From a virus (taxonomy: Duplodnaviria; Caudoviricetes), in the IMG/VR virus record IMGVR_UViG_3300031992_000021, positions 64,001-128,000 of that record: a stretch of DNA of 64,000 nt. One strand, 5' to 3'. Shown here piece after piece: positions 1-10,377 of this stretch; the stretch's first letter is position 1, and the number at the start of each line of letters is the position of its first letter. The notes under the pieces are model-generated. The model ran no database searches and was not told the DNA's origin. It saw nothing but the letters and a program-made list of their open reading frames with translations. Both the position numbers and the translations under genes were made by a program.

Positions 1-252
1 GTCGCAGAACACGAGCGTGACGCTCCCGGAAACCACAGACATCTGTCCGAGGTACAGGAACGGATCCATGTTCGACCCGTCTACAGCCACGGACATGTCC
101 ACCAGAAGGCAGTTCGGAAGCGTCCATCCGCCATCGACAACCGTGCCGGCGTAGTCGTTCGGCCTCAATCCGCAGCCCTCGTGGAACGGGTACTCGCGGA
201 GCGAGTTCTCGTTCAGCCATCCAGTGGCTATTGGATTTGAAGATGCAGACAT
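1..252 (-). CDS. Virion tail/baseplate-associated protein, N-terminal part (runs off the window)
   Basis: ATG at 252 overlaps the TAA of the upstream gene (TAATG); open frame MSASSNPIATGWLNENSLREYPFHEG... to the window edge; not in the ORF track because it is truncated. Confidence 0.7.
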   Translation of the reverse strand, partial: MSASSNPIATGWLNENSLREYPFHEGCGLRPNDYAGTVVDGGWTLPNCLLVDMSVAVDGSNMDPFLYLGQMSVVSGSVTLVFCD

Positions 253-3200
253 TACCTTACGACGCCTTCCTGGTCGACCTCGAGACTGGTCTGACCGTCA
301 ACTGTGCTGGCAGTCACCTCGTGGTATAGTCCGGTATCCTTGTCTCTCGCATAGAGGTCTGACGGAATCCTCGGAACCGCACCATAGTCGTCGAGAGACA
401 CGAGAGACCACGAAAGGTTGATAAACCCTATCCCATGCGTGTAAGGCTCCTCATCCTCGGCCTGCATGACGGCTCTCGATATGCGAACCCCGACAAGGTA
501 TCCGGGCCTCAGCTCCGGTGATATCTCCTGGACGGCGAAATCTGCCGCCGAAGGCAGGCTCTTTCCGAGCACCTTGGCTATCACGTCGTCCTTATCGACG
601 AGGCTCTTGTCGTCCGTAGTTATGAACACCGGGTCGAAGCCGTTGTACTCTATTCCTCCGTCGGCAGGATGCCCGAACGGGATGAGAACCGTGCGTTCGC
701 TGTCCGGCTTGAGAAGCGACGTCTTGAGGTTCCTGTACATCATGCCCTCGCCCGCGGAGAAGTCCGGAAGTATGTTGTAGGCGAACTTGATGCACGCGGA
801 GCGCTTCGACTGTCCTGTGAATCCAGTCTCTCCGAACACGGAAGCAGACACCATGAGCGCGTACTTTCCGTCCGGAAGGTTCGTCGGGACGCGCATCGTG
901 GCCGTGAATGCGGACGGCGATGCGATCGTGCTGCCGGAGTATCCTCTGAGCCTGATGTACGGAAACATTCCGATCTTCGCCTGCTCGGAGTTCTCGAGCG
1001 CGATGTCCGTGAACTGGTTCCTGTAGGCTCCGTTGTCGAGCGCGATGACAACCGTACCCTGTCCGTCAGGGCAGCCGGCTCTCGATATGACGCTCACGCC
1101 GGCGCCGCCGACAATCCTCTCGACGACTGGGCCGGCTATCAGCACTCCGTCACGGGTGCGCTTGGGCACGTTGAAGCCAGGCGCACCGCCGTTCTCAAGC
1201 CTGAAGTCGAACTCGGCGGCCAGCTCAAGGTCTCCGGTATTTGCGTCGCCGTCAGTTCCGTATCCGTACACCTTCAGAGGAGATCCGGCACGGACCTGGA
1301 GCGACGTCACAGGGCCTGTCGCACCCTGGAATCCGCGAACCCAGTGCATGACCTGCGTCTTGTCGTATGCGGGATCGATCTTGGCGCCCCTCCTGACAAA
1401 GCCCTCCGGCCACGGCTTCTTGCCTCTTTCGGAAGAAAACCAGTGTATGGTGTCCCTGCAGAACGAAACGGTCGGGCTGTCCTTGAGGATGGCCTTGTTG
1501 TCCATCTCTACGCCGTTCACGATGAGCGCGGCGGATTTCGGAGGAACCGGCGGCCAGTAGTTGGCGATCTTCGGATCCATTCCGATCACGTAGTCAAACA
1601 GCGACTCCGGCTCGTAGTCGGTGACGACTCCGGAAACAACCGTTCCCGATCCGACAGACACGCTTCCTTCGCTGTGCTGATGCACGAGCAGGTTGAGGCG
1701 TCCGTCTTCCCTTGCGCTTTTCCACACATAGGAAGAGATGTCTTCGACGATCGGTCCGTCGCTGAGAACCCTCCCGTTTCCGTCGTGCACGACAGACTTT
1801 ATGCCTGTCGCTCCTTTTACCGTGAAATCGCTTCCTTCGACGATTTCAGGATCGGACGTTATGATCGTTCCGTCTACCGAAACCCTTTCGGTGTCGTCGT
1901 ATCCGATGACGAGCAGCTTCGCCGAATTTCCGGAGTTGCTTTCATGTACGGCGAACGAAACGACATCGTCGTTCGGATTGTCCTTTGAAAGAGCCTCAAC
2001 GAGGAACAGGACCGAGTCTGCAAGGCATGTGCCTATTGCAACCGGGGTATTCTCTCCTGAGTACGCGGATGTGTCAGCCGTAAATTCATACGTCTTGCCG
2101 CCGAACGAGAACTCGTCTCCGTCTGAAATCGACGCTATGGAACAGATCTGAAGCACATCGGGGAACACGACCTTCACAGAGGTGCGTATGGAATCGAACC
2201 TGCCTCTGATGGATACCGTCACGCCGCTGCCGTCTCCGGCAATTCCTCTTGCCTCGTGGTCAAGCCATCCCCTGCCGGCCTCTGGAAACACGAGGTCCTC
2301 CCAGGTCCTCTGGTTTGCCGACAGATTGGAGTATGCGTTTGACGGGCCCGAAGCCGGCAGAGAGAGCCTTGCGGTGAGCCCGTTTGAAATCTTGACCTCC
2401 TCGTCAGGAGCGTGGATCTGCACCTTGAAGCTTTCCGACTCCTTGCCGTTCTCCCTCCAGCGAAGGACGACACCTGTAGGCCAGTCTGCGGAACTCTGGT
2501 CTAGGTAGAAGGAATATGAAACTTCCTTGTCTGAAGTCCATGTTCCGCCGAACCTAAGCGCCAGAGGGCCTACCTGCGCGTCTGAGAAAGTCTCGTCTAT
2601 CGGCAGATAGCCGGCTGTCGACTTTGTGCCTGCCGGGCGTGCGGTCAGCACCGCGGTCCTGTGGATGTGGGACGTGCCGATGTCGAGGAACTGAGGTGAC
2701 ACGATCGCCATTCCGTCGAATCCTCCAGAAACGACACCTCCCGATATCGTGCAGACGTAGATGAGCGGACCGTTCGGGTCTGCCGTCAGCCTTCCGGCCT
2801 CGTTTGCGGAAAGATAGTACCTTCCAGGACGGTACTTCTCTCCGGATTCCAGCATGTTCGACACCATGAACGGCGAACCGCCCGGATTGAGGTTCAGGCT
2901 TCCGTACACGATCACATTGCCGGTACTTCCGCTCTTGGACTGAAGAATCCCCACCGTAAATGCAGAATCGGCGGCCTTGAAGTCGTCGTACAGGCTCATC
3001 GTTGCCTTGGCCGCGGCAAACCTCTGGGTCTCGCTGTCGAGATAGACCACGTTGCCGACATCGGGTTCCTTGCCGGTGTCAGTCGACAGATTGACTCCGG
3101 TAAGAATGACAGACGACATCTTTCCGCTCGCCAGAAGCTCCTTCAGCCTTGCGTACAGGTACGAAGTCCTGTCGCCAAGCTGTCCTATTGGCACGTTGAG

Positions 3201-3266
3201 CGTGTCTGCGTCAAGACTGTCCCCGTTCGAGAACTTCTTAAGCTGCGACCACATCTCCTTAGACAT
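252..3266 (-). CDS. Large baseplate/tail-fibre-associated virion protein (1004 aa)
   Basis: Long ORF with GGAGG RBS, Gly/Ser/Val-rich and beta-like, directly downstream of the baseplate genes. Confidence 0.55.
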   Translation of the reverse strand: MSKEMWSQLKKFSNGDSLDADTLNVPIGQLGDRTSYLYARLKELLASGKMSSVILTGVNLSTDTGKEPDVGNVVYLDSETQRFAAAKATMSLYDDFKAADSAFTVGILQSKSGSTGNVIVYGSLNLNPGGSPFMVSNMLESGEKYRPGRYYLSANEAGRLTADPNGPLIYVCTISGGVVSGGFDGMAIVSPQFLDIGTSHIHRTAVLTARPAGTKSTAGYLPIDETFSDAQVGPLALRFGGTWTSDKEVSYSFYLDQSSADWPTGVVLRWRENGKESESFKVQIHAPDEEVKISNGLTARLSLPASGPSNAYSNLSANQRTWEDLVFPEAGRGWLDHEARGIAGDGSGVTVSIRGRFDSIRTSVKVVFPDVLQICSIASISDGDEFSFGGKTYEFTADTSAYSGENTPVAIGTCLADSVLFLVEALSKDNPNDDVVSFAVHESNSGNSAKLLVIGYDDTERVSVDGTIITSDPEIVEGSDFTVKGATGIKSVVHDGNGRVLSDGPIVEDISSYVWKSAREDGRLNLLVHQHSEGSVSVGSGTVVSGVVTDYEPESLFDYVIGMDPKIANYWPPVPPKSAALIVNGVEMDNKAILKDSPTVSFCRDTIHWFSSERGKKPWPEGFVRRGAKIDPAYDKTQVMHWVRGFQGATGPVTSLQVRAGSPLKVYGYGTDGDANTGDLELAAEFDFRLENGGAPGFNVPKRTRDGVLIAGPVVERIVGGAGVSVISRAGCPDGQGTVVIALDNGAYRNQFTDIALENSEQAKIGMFPYIRLRGYSGSTIASPSAFTATMRVPTNLPDGKYALMVSASVFGETGFTGQSKRSACIKFAYNILPDFSAGEGMMYRNLKTSLLKPDSERTVLIPFGHPADGGIEYNGFDPVFITTDDKSLVDKDDVIAKVLGKSLPSAADFAVQEISPELRPGYLVGVRISRAVMQAEDEEPYTHGIGFINLSWSLVSLDDYGAVPRIPSDLYARDKDTGLYHEVTASTVDGQTSLEVDQEGVVR

Positions 3267-3282
3267 GAATGCCTCCTTAGAC

Positions 3283-3957
3283 TTACTTGAAAACGACCGT
3301 CCAGTCGAGAGCTATCTCGAATCCGCTCGGCTTCTGGAGATATGCTCCGCCTTCCTTCAGGGAAACCCTTGAAAGAACATGGTACTTCCCTTCGTGGAAC
3401 GCAAGAAGCACGGCCTGATAGATGTAGCTTCCTCCCTCGAACGCACGCGACCTTATGAGCCCGGCGTCCTGCGAGTTCGACACGGCATGGAACGTGATCG
3501 CGTTTGAACCTGTCGACAGGATGTGGCTGTAGTCTCCGTCAGGAGAATCGGAACCGGACGAATCGGATCCCGACGAACTGGAGGATCCCGAATCTCCGGA
3601 CGGAGCGGGCGCCGGCTTTTCCGACCCGAGAGTCGGATGGAACGAGAATCCGACGACCTGTATGTCGACGTCGTCGCGGCTTGAACTTGACGAAAGCTCC
3701 TCAAGCAGCGAATCCCAGTCCTGGCTCCTCGTGATGACGGATTCCGTCGGCATTGCCGACTGGTTTCCGTATATGAAGCCGATCTTGGCCGGTATGAACG
3801 ATGGGTCTCCTCCGAACGCCGCCGCCATCGCTTCCGCAGACATGAAGCTCAGCGTGTTGTGGCGCATGTCGAACGGAATCTTCCTTCCGGTTGAAACGTC
3901 GACGAACGAGGGGTTCACGAAACCTCTCGCCAGGCACGCAATGTCATCAATCCTCAT
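3283..3957 (-). CDS. Tail-fibre attachment / tail-collar-like protein
   Basis: C-terminal pattern IYQAVLLAF...SRV..K...FEIALDWTVVF resembles tail-collar/fibre-attachment proteins; follows the wedge genes; internal Ser/Gly linker. Confidence 0.5.
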   Translation of the reverse strand: MRIDDIACLARGFVNPSFVDVSTGRKIPFDMRHNTLSFMSAEAMAAAFGGDPSFIPAKIGFIYGNQSAMPTESVITRSQDWDSLLEELSSSSSRDDVDIQVVGFSFHPTLGSEKPAPAPSGDSGSSSSSGSDSSGSDSPDGDYSHILSTGSNAITFHAVSNSQDAGLIRSRAFEGGSYIYQAVLLAFHEGKYHVLSRVSLKEGGAYLQKPSGFEIALDWTVVFK

Positions 3958-5623
3958 TCTCTTCCTCCTTGTGTCCCCGCGTCTTTGCGGGAGACGGTCT
4001 TACAAATCTCATCGAAACACGCTCACCGAACGACGCAGGCCTACCCGACAGTCCGGGAAGAGGTCCTCCGATAACGCATTCCACAGCTCTCGGCAGGGCG
4101 GCAGCCATCGAGCCAAGCTCATTCGCCTCGCCCATGTCCATCCTGTCGCCATCGACGGCGCTGTGCTCCACCAGGAAGAGCCTCATCGCCGACGGAACGG
4201 CATCAGATAGCATATCAAAAAACATGGGGTTCCGCATCATCGAAGCGTCGTCTATCTGCGACTTGTCGACTACTACGAAGATGGTGTTCGCGCCTACGAG
4301 ATGCCTCAGGAAGAACCATGCGGGGGAAACCACAGACCCCTCCGGACCTATGAGAGACTCCATCTTGACGCCCTTCTCGTCCGCAGACTTCCAGATGTCC
4401 TCCCAGAATGATTCGACGTCGGATTCGGTTCCTCCTACGTCGAAGTATAGGCGGTCTGGGCGTCCTTTTCTGCTCTTTACGACCGAATGCCCCCACATGG
4501 CGTACACCCCGTACTCCGTCTTCGCCCTCAGAAGAGCCGGCGGAAGAGACACGGACGGTATGTCCTGTTCAAGAGGGACGGAGAACGGGCTTTCATGAGG
4601 CGTATTGAGGTTCTGGTATATCCTCACCGATTCGTCAAGGAAGTCTCCGCGCTTCATGACGGATCCGATGTGCAACCCCTTTACAAGCCTCGCCTTCGGC
4701 GATATCCTGTATTCGCCATGATCCGTGATCACGGACGTGAAACCTTCCCCTGAAGTAATGTCGACAACCGTCTCGCGCTCTGTCTGTATCACAGGTACGT
4801 TCAGCATTGCAGCCACCAGGGTTCGCACGAGTTCAGGCGTAAGTCCGCATGCGACAGAGTCCCATGCCGCGTTCAATATGCGCTTGACCGCCGCCGAAGA
4901 AGGCGCATTGGCGCCAAGGGCGTACGAGATGTGGTCTGCCATGTAGTTCTTGTCGATAAGCACGTCGGAAGCCCATAGAACCGCCTCCATGTCCGCGGAC
5001 TGACGTCCGTCCTCGTCTATCATGTCCGGAACGTCGTACCGACCGAACGCCGAACCGTCTCCAAGAGGGTCGTTCGCTACGTGGAATATGATGGATCCGT
5101 TTCTGATGACGAAATCCACGTCCCTCTGCATGAACACCTTCGGGTTCACGATGTTGTCGACGATCGTCATCGCGCCACCGGCTATCTCTGCGTCTATCGG
5201 GTATGTGACGTAGTTCTTGTACGCGCCGATCCTGCCAATCTCGAGAACGGTTCCGATTCCGTATGGCTCCTCCGACGTCTGAGGTCCTATCGTACCCTCT
5301 CCTCCCACGACGAGCAGATTCTCCTGCGACTTGTTCCTCGTGGAACGTTTTACGACGATCGGATGCCATAGCTCACGGTGGAACACCGGCGCTCCCCTGC
5401 GGTCCTGAAGCTTCGCCGCCTCCAGGATGTCGAGATAGAGCTGTGCGAGGCGTATGCCACGAGCAGCCTGAAGCCCCCTGACCATTCCGTCACCCTCGTG
5501 GAGTCCGCGCCACAGGCTTCCGAGCCACGAATAGAGCGTGTTTCCTGAAGACTCGGCGAAACCGTCCGGCAGCTGCACCGACGAGTTCATCTCCTGCTCT
5601 GTCTGTCCGTAGATGTTCTCCAT
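3947..5623 (-). CDS. Putative baseplate wedge protein (gpI/gp7-like position)
   Basis: 558-aa ORF immediately after the baseplate J gene; assignment by synteny. Confidence 0.5.
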   Translation of the reverse strand: MENIYGQTEQEMNSSVQLPDGFAESSGNTLYSWLGSLWRGLHEGDGMVRGLQAARGIRLAQLYLDILEAAKLQDRRGAPVFHRELWHPIVVKRSTRNKSQENLLVVGGEGTIGPQTSEEPYGIGTVLEIGRIGAYKNYVTYPIDAEIAGGAMTIVDNIVNPKVFMQRDVDFVIRNGSIIFHVANDPLGDGSAFGRYDVPDMIDEDGRQSADMEAVLWASDVLIDKNYMADHISYALGANAPSSAAVKRILNAAWDSVACGLTPELVRTLVAAMLNVPVIQTERETVVDITSGEGFTSVITDHGEYRISPKARLVKGLHIGSVMKRGDFLDESVRIYQNLNTPHESPFSVPLEQDIPSVSLPPALLRAKTEYGVYAMWGHSVVKSRKGRPDRLYFDVGGTESDVESFWEDIWKSADEKGVKMESLIGPEGSVVSPAWFFLRHLVGANTIFVVVDKSQIDDASMMRNPMFFDMLSDAVPSAMRLFLVEHSAVDGDRMDMGEANELGSMAAALPRAVECVIGGPLPGLSGRPASFGERVSMRFVRPSPAKTRGHKEEENED

Positions 5624-5638
5624 GCCCTTCTTCCTTTC

Positions 5639-7300
5639 TCACGATACGGGCGTGAGCTTTATCTGGACGTTCCTCTCCTCGGCGCAGAACACCACGGTGT
5701 CTTTCGTGAGCATCGCAGCGCCGTCCTCTATCGAAGATATGTCGAGCGCGTCGCCGGACAGCACGTGCCTTTCGCCGGCCGCGTCGTGAAGCTCTCCGAA
5801 CAGCATGTCCTGGTTCGGCATCTCAACGGACACCGCTCCGAGGTTCTTCAGTATCTGGACCACCTCGGACCTAGTGAGGCGCCCAACGAATCCAAGGTTG
5901 TTTATGTACGTCCTTATCCTCGACTTTGCGAGCGACTCGTCCAACGGGTTCTTCGGGTCGTAGCTCGCAACTGCGTTCACAGATACGCTGCACACGATCG
6001 GGCAGCGCACGACCACGTCGGTCGATACGCTCCTCACATCGTCTCGGTCAACGAAATCCTGGACCTCCTTCGCGAGAGGCATGCAGTATGCCGTGACCTT
6101 GAACTTCCTGACGTCGGACCATCCGTCCTCAAGGTCTGCAGGGACTTCCTCAAGGAACACCCTGAACCCCTGCCATACCGTGTTGAAGGCCTCTATCGCC
6201 GCCTTCGCCGGAACGGATCCGTCGATGTCGTGCCAGGTACCAGAGATATCGGCACTCCTCTCCGCGGAGAACGCGAGCGTCGAAAGGACGTCCTCCGTGC
6301 CCTCGGAGCTGAACGGATCGGAGACGGACTTTATCCAGCACGAACCTGGAAACGCCCCCGGAGGAACCTCTATGAGATACTTTCCGTCCTGTATCTTCGT
6401 GCCGTTCATCGTGAGAGTGGACGTGAACGGATCCGTGAAGTTCCTGACGTACACGTCTATCCTTCCGCCCACACCGACTCCGAACAGGTTGTGCTTGTCC
6501 CTTCTCTGCGCCGGATTGCCGTATCCAACTGCCGAAACTGCGACGATTGGATGCTCGCCTTCGTCGAACTCTCCGCGCAGCATACCCTCGACTGCGGTCT
6601 TGCTGACGAATCCCCGGATGGACAGTCCGGACGGTATGCTCTTGATGACGTCTCCGATCGGCTCCACGTCCGAACCTCCGCAGAAGTCCTTGTAGGCCTC
6701 CGCCATGACGAACGACGGAACCCTTGACTCAGGCGTGAGCGAAGTGCCCTGGGATACGTTTCCGCCGGCTCCCACCTCAGACGCAGTGACCGGGACGAGA
6801 AAGAACCATCCGGCCGCGCCTTGATACAGAGTCGTGGTCGGCGTGACGCTAGGATTCGACACGTCGGCCAACGATGCTACCACCTGGGAATCGGCCGTGT
6901 ATGCGCGTCCGTCTGCGGTAGAGAACACCGCTCCTTCGGGCACCGAGTATGCAACCGTTCCGTCTGCGACGACGATCTTGACAAGGCCTTTGGCCGGCGT
7001 TCCTGAATGAGGCTTGATGTTGAAGTTCGACAGGATCGCGTCGACATCCTCCTGGTCTATGCTCTCGCCTGCGTCCTGCGCCTCCTTGAGTCGCTTGAGC
7101 GACGAGGATTTCCTCGCCTCGGCAATCTGCCCCGACGTTACGGCCTCTATGGCGGCCTCCGGGTTCACAAGAAGGTCGCGCAGGACGGTTCCGTCCCTCG
7201 TGTCGAGCCTTCCGTTGAACGCCTTGATGCCCGACACCACCGTCTCCGCGGCGGAGTCGAAATCTTCCTGCGATATGTCAGCAAGGGTTATCTTCTTCAT
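5639..7300 (-). CDS. Baseplate J/gp6-like wedge protein
   Basis: DTRDGTVLRDLLVNP, PAKGLV, VPVTASEVGAGGNV, GGSDVE and GGRIDVYV match the baseplate J pattern. Confidence 0.85.
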   Translation of the reverse strand: MKKITLADISQEDFDSAAETVVSGIKAFNGRLDTRDGTVLRDLLVNPEAAIEAVTSGQIAEARKSSSLKRLKEAQDAGESIDQEDVDAILSNFNIKPHSGTPAKGLVKIVVADGTVAYSVPEGAVFSTADGRAYTADSQVVASLADVSNPSVTPTTTLYQGAAGWFFLVPVTASEVGAGGNVSQGTSLTPESRVPSFVMAEAYKDFCGGSDVEPIGDVIKSIPSGLSIRGFVSKTAVEGMLRGEFDEGEHPIVAVSAVGYGNPAQRRDKHNLFGVGVGGRIDVYVRNFTDPFTSTLTMNGTKIQDGKYLIEVPPGAFPGSCWIKSVSDPFSSEGTEDVLSTLAFSAERSADISGTWHDIDGSVPAKAAIEAFNTVWQGFRVFLEEVPADLEDGWSDVRKFKVTAYCMPLAKEVQDFVDRDDVRSVSTDVVVRCPIVCSVSVNAVASYDPKNPLDESLAKSRIRTYINNLGFVGRLTRSEVVQILKNLGAVSVEMPNQDMLFGELHDAAGERHVLSGDALDISSIEDGAAMLTKDTVVFCAEERNVQIKLTPVS

Positions 7301-7794
7301 CAGTGCACTCCTACCCCTACAGGGATTATGTAGACATACGAATCGCCGGCGGCTGTCGTAAGCCTTACGGAAATCTTGACCATCGACCTCTCCCTGGAGA
7401 ACTCAAGATCGGTCACGTCTGACGCGACCAGCCTCTCGTCGTCGGGAGTGTCCTCGCCCTCGTCTGCAAGCATTATCTGCCGTCCGGCCATAAGGTTCGC
7501 CTCGGCTGCCGACGATTCGAGCGTTGCCATGCTGTACACCATTCCGGCCGCGACCCTTGGAACGATTTCAGTCCCGTGGCCCTGCCTGAACCTGGTGCTT
7601 CCGATGGCGTTTATGAACGCTATGGCGTATCGCTGCGCCATCTTCTCCACCCCTGAAACGATCATCGGCTCGTCCACGACGTTCGACACGTCGAGGTCGA
7701 CCCTTTTGTTGACAGCCGGGACTGCAAGAACCGTCTTCAGGAGAAGCAGGTCCACCGTCCTTCCGGAATAGTCTATTTTCTGCCTGCTATTCAT
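7300..7794 (-). CDS. gp25/GPW-like sheath-initiator baseplate protein
   Basis: VSGVEKMAQR...GS.RF...HGT...PDDERL...ISVRLTT, directly upstream of baseplate J. Confidence 0.7.
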   Translation of the reverse strand: MNSRQKIDYSGRTVDLLLLKTVLAVPAVNKRVDLDVSNVVDEPMIVSGVEKMAQRYAIAFINAIGSTRFRQGHGTEIVPRVAAGMVYSMATLESSAAEANLMAGRQIMLADEGEDTPDDERLVASDVTDLEFSRERSMVKISVRLTTAAGDSYVYIIPVGVGVH

Positions 7795-8164
7795 CGAACT
7801 CGTCCTTTGCTGCCTTTAGCGGAGATCTTGACGTAACGAGAGGCGTTCTTATGTCGATGAGACATGAAACATCGCACCTTCCGAAGTCATCGTTGAACTC
7901 TCTCCATCCGCCGATGCAGAAGCTGACCATCCTCCTGTATCGGATCAGCTTCTCCATGTCCTGCTTTGGCTTGTTGTACTCCTGGACCCACTTGTCGCAG
8001 TCGTCCTTCCAGTCGAACAGCTTCAGCACATCGTCCAGAGTCTTTCCGTTCCTCTGGAGGATCGACTTGTAGGGTTTGTCCTTCGCGAAGACATCGCGGA
8101 ACCCCTTTCCGACGTCGCCATGGTCCTCGATGAGGAAATCTACCGCTTCCTTTGCGCCCATCAC
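7787..8164 (-). CDS. Hypothetical protein
   Basis: 125-aa ORF overlapping both neighbours by a few bases. Confidence 0.6.
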   Translation of the reverse strand: MMGAKEAVDFLIEDHGDVGKGFRDVFAKDKPYKSILQRNGKTLDDVLKLFDWKDDCDKWVQEYNKPKQDMEKLIRYRRMVSFCIGGWREFNDDFGRCDVSCLIDIRTPLVTSRSPLKAAKDEFDE

Positions 8165-8883
8165 AGCCTCCTTGCCGCATCTGCGATGTCGCGTCCGATC
8201 GCCGCAGACCGCTGCGAAACCGCAGCCGGCGAAATCTTAAGCATGTCCGCAAGGCTTGATCCAGACGACTGGGTCTTGCCGTGCATTCCGGTCTTTCCGT
8301 CGAATATGGCCTTGTCCTTGTCGTCCAGGCCCATGTATACCGCTTCCGCGGCATACGGGACCTTGCTCGGCCTGACAAGTCCAGGCTCTGCCGCGGATCC
8401 CTCTCCCTCGTCGTCCTCTCCGAACGAGCTTCCGCTTATGGAAGCGACTGCGGACTTTCTGATTTCCCCTATCGTCTTTGCGCTCCAGCCGGTCTCGTCG
8501 ACAAGCTCCTCGTCTGTCGGCTTCCGTCCGAGATCGTCCTCCATGCGCTTTTCGATCGCGGAAAGCTCGGCAGCGTTCCTGAGCATCACCTCTGAAGCCC
8601 TGACCGGCCTGAGGCGCTTGCCATATCTCGAAAGCTGCTTCAGGTTCGTCACCACCCATGAGTTAAGTCTGGTTCCTCCCATGGGATCGAAGGACTTTAT
8701 AGCCTGCGTCACGAGGAACCTGCCTCTCGACCTGAGCAGCTCCTTCGGGCCTGAATACTGCATGATCTCCGCGTTCACGGTCGGCATGAACGCATCCACA
8801 AGCCCGGCCATGTTTTCCGGAGTGCGGTTCACAACCCATGCGTTATACGCTCTCGAATAGCTGTCGTTTCCCTTTGGGTCCAT
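8161..8883 (-). CDS. Phage-encoded sigma-70 family factor (FliA/SigB-like)
   Basis: Region 2 (AIKSFDPMGGTRLNSWV), region 3 (LGRKPTDEELVDETGWS), region 4 HTH (LADMLKISPAAVSQR); AAGGAG RBS. Confidence 0.85.
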   Translation of the reverse strand: MDPKGNDSYSRAYNAWVVNRTPENMAGLVDAFMPTVNAEIMQYSGPKELLRSRGRFLVTQAIKSFDPMGGTRLNSWVVTNLKQLSRYGKRLRPVRASEVMLRNAAELSAIEKRMEDDLGRKPTDEELVDETGWSAKTIGEIRKSAVASISGSSFGEDDEGEGSAAEPGLVRPSKVPYAAEAVYMGLDDKDKAIFDGKTGMHGKTQSSGSSLADMLKISPAAVSQRSAAIGRDIADAARRL

Positions 8884-8892
8884 GGTTTCTCC

Positions 8893-10377
8893 TTATTCGT
8901 ATGCCGCGTTCTTTGAACCGGCGGCGATGGCGACCGCGCCTCCGATCTTGAAGCTCTCCTCCGGTCTTACGTACGACATTTCGACCGTCGTCGAACACCC
9001 TCCGCTTGTCGTCATGTGATGTACGATCTGCCTTGCGTATCCGTAGTAGATGTCCTTCCCTTCCGACACGAAACGGCACGTGTTTCCGGGGAGGATGAGG
9101 TTTCCGTCCATGTCTGTGAACCACATGGCCATCTGCGCCTTTGCGTGTATCATGGACGCCGCGGTTATCTCGTACACGGCCTTGCAGTACTTTTCTATGA
9201 CAGCGTTGTAGTTGTCCGCCGCCTCCTTCTGCATGTCTACGTTTCCGAGCGATATCGCCGCGCCGTACGTTGCGTCCCTCCTGAACGCCGAGTCGAGAAC
9301 GGCCGGCGCGGACGTCTTCATTATCCTTCCGTCGGCCTTCGTGGTGTCGACCCCCGGCGGAACGTACAAAACCTCGCCTACGGGATCCTTCTGGTTGTCG
9401 TTCCCGTTCCTCAGCAGTCCGAGGTTTATGTTGTTGTTGTAGGGTCCGAGCTTACGGCACATCACGCCTGTTATGCGGAACGGATCCATTCCGGGAATCT
9501 CGGTCCAGAAGCACTCCTCGTCGTACAGGCTGATGCTTGCGGTCTTCCACGGCTGCGTCGGCTCTATTACGAGCTTGTCCTTCGTGTAGTTGTTCGATTC
9601 GTTCTGCGTGACGCTAAGAAGCAGGGTTCCGGAAGCGCCAACTATCATGTCCCATGTCGAGGAACCGCCGTTTCCAGGAAGTGCCAGCCTTCCGATCGCC
9701 TGGGCGAGACGCTGCTTTGCGTCGCCGCTGTCGCCTCCGCCTAGGAATATGCCGTTCCCTCCGGAGAACTCAAGGTACTTGTCCGGATCGAACTCCCCTA
9801 CGCCTAGCTGCTCCCTGAACTTCGGAGGATAGTCGTTCGGCGAAGGCCAGAACTCAACGTCCTCGCGGACGCACTTGTACGTGGCCTTTATGACTTCCAG
9901 GAAATTGCCGGCGTCCTTGGTGTCCTCGTTCAGCTTGATGTCAATCATGGACTTCGGAGTCTCGTAAATCGACCCGACCTTCGTGAGCTTGCAGATTGGA
10001 TGCTGGAGTATCACGGATAGGTACGGCGCCGCGGAAGCGCTTACGCTTGAAAGTCCGACCCCTGCAAGTATCCATCCCTTCAGGCTGACGCTGTCGGTGT
10101 TGCCGAGGTCGTCCTTCAGGTTGATGGAAACCTGACCGGTCTGGTTCAGACCCTCTGCCTTTACGGCAAGGTCCCGGTACAGGTCCGAGAAATCAGATAT
10201 CCTCGGCCGCTTGACATTCGGCTTGAGAGGAGTCTTGTCGCCGGCCTTTGAAGGTGCGCACTGGAGCTCTATGCTGGGAATGGCATTAACACCAAGCGTG
10301 ATCGTGAATCCGTTCACGTCAAGCCTCTGTCCTGCAACGCTCGCGTCCACCGAAGCTGTTATGACCCTCGTCTTCAT
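8893..10377 (-). CDS. Putative baseplate hub protein (gp27/gpD-like), start MKTRVITAS
   Basis: Start moved to 10377 (overlaps the upstream stop); C-terminal ILPGNT...YYGYARQIVHH....GCSTTVEMSYVR resembles hub proteins; lies downstream of the tape measure gene. Confidence 0.6.
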   Translation of the reverse strand: MKTRVITASVDASVAGQRLDVNGFTITLGVNAIPSIELQCAPSKAGDKTPLKPNVKRPRISDFSDLYRDLAVKAEGLNQTGQVSINLKDDLGNTDSVSLKGWILAGVGLSSVSASAAPYLSVILQHPICKLTKVGSIYETPKSMIDIKLNEDTKDAGNFLEVIKATYKCVREDVEFWPSPNDYPPKFREQLGVGEFDPDKYLEFSGGNGIFLGGGDSGDAKQRLAQAIGRLALPGNGGSSTWDMIVGASGTLLLSVTQNESNNYTKDKLVIEPTQPWKTASISLYDEECFWTEIPGMDPFRITGVMCRKLGPYNNNINLGLLRNGNDNQKDPVGEVLYVPPGVDTTKADGRIMKTSAPAVLDSAFRRDATYGAAISLGNVDMQKEAADNYNAVIEKYCKAVYEITAASMIHAKAQMAMWFTDMDGNLILPGNTCRFVSEGKDIYYGYARQIVHHMTTSGGCSTTVEMSYVRPEESFKIGGAVAIAAGSKNAAYE

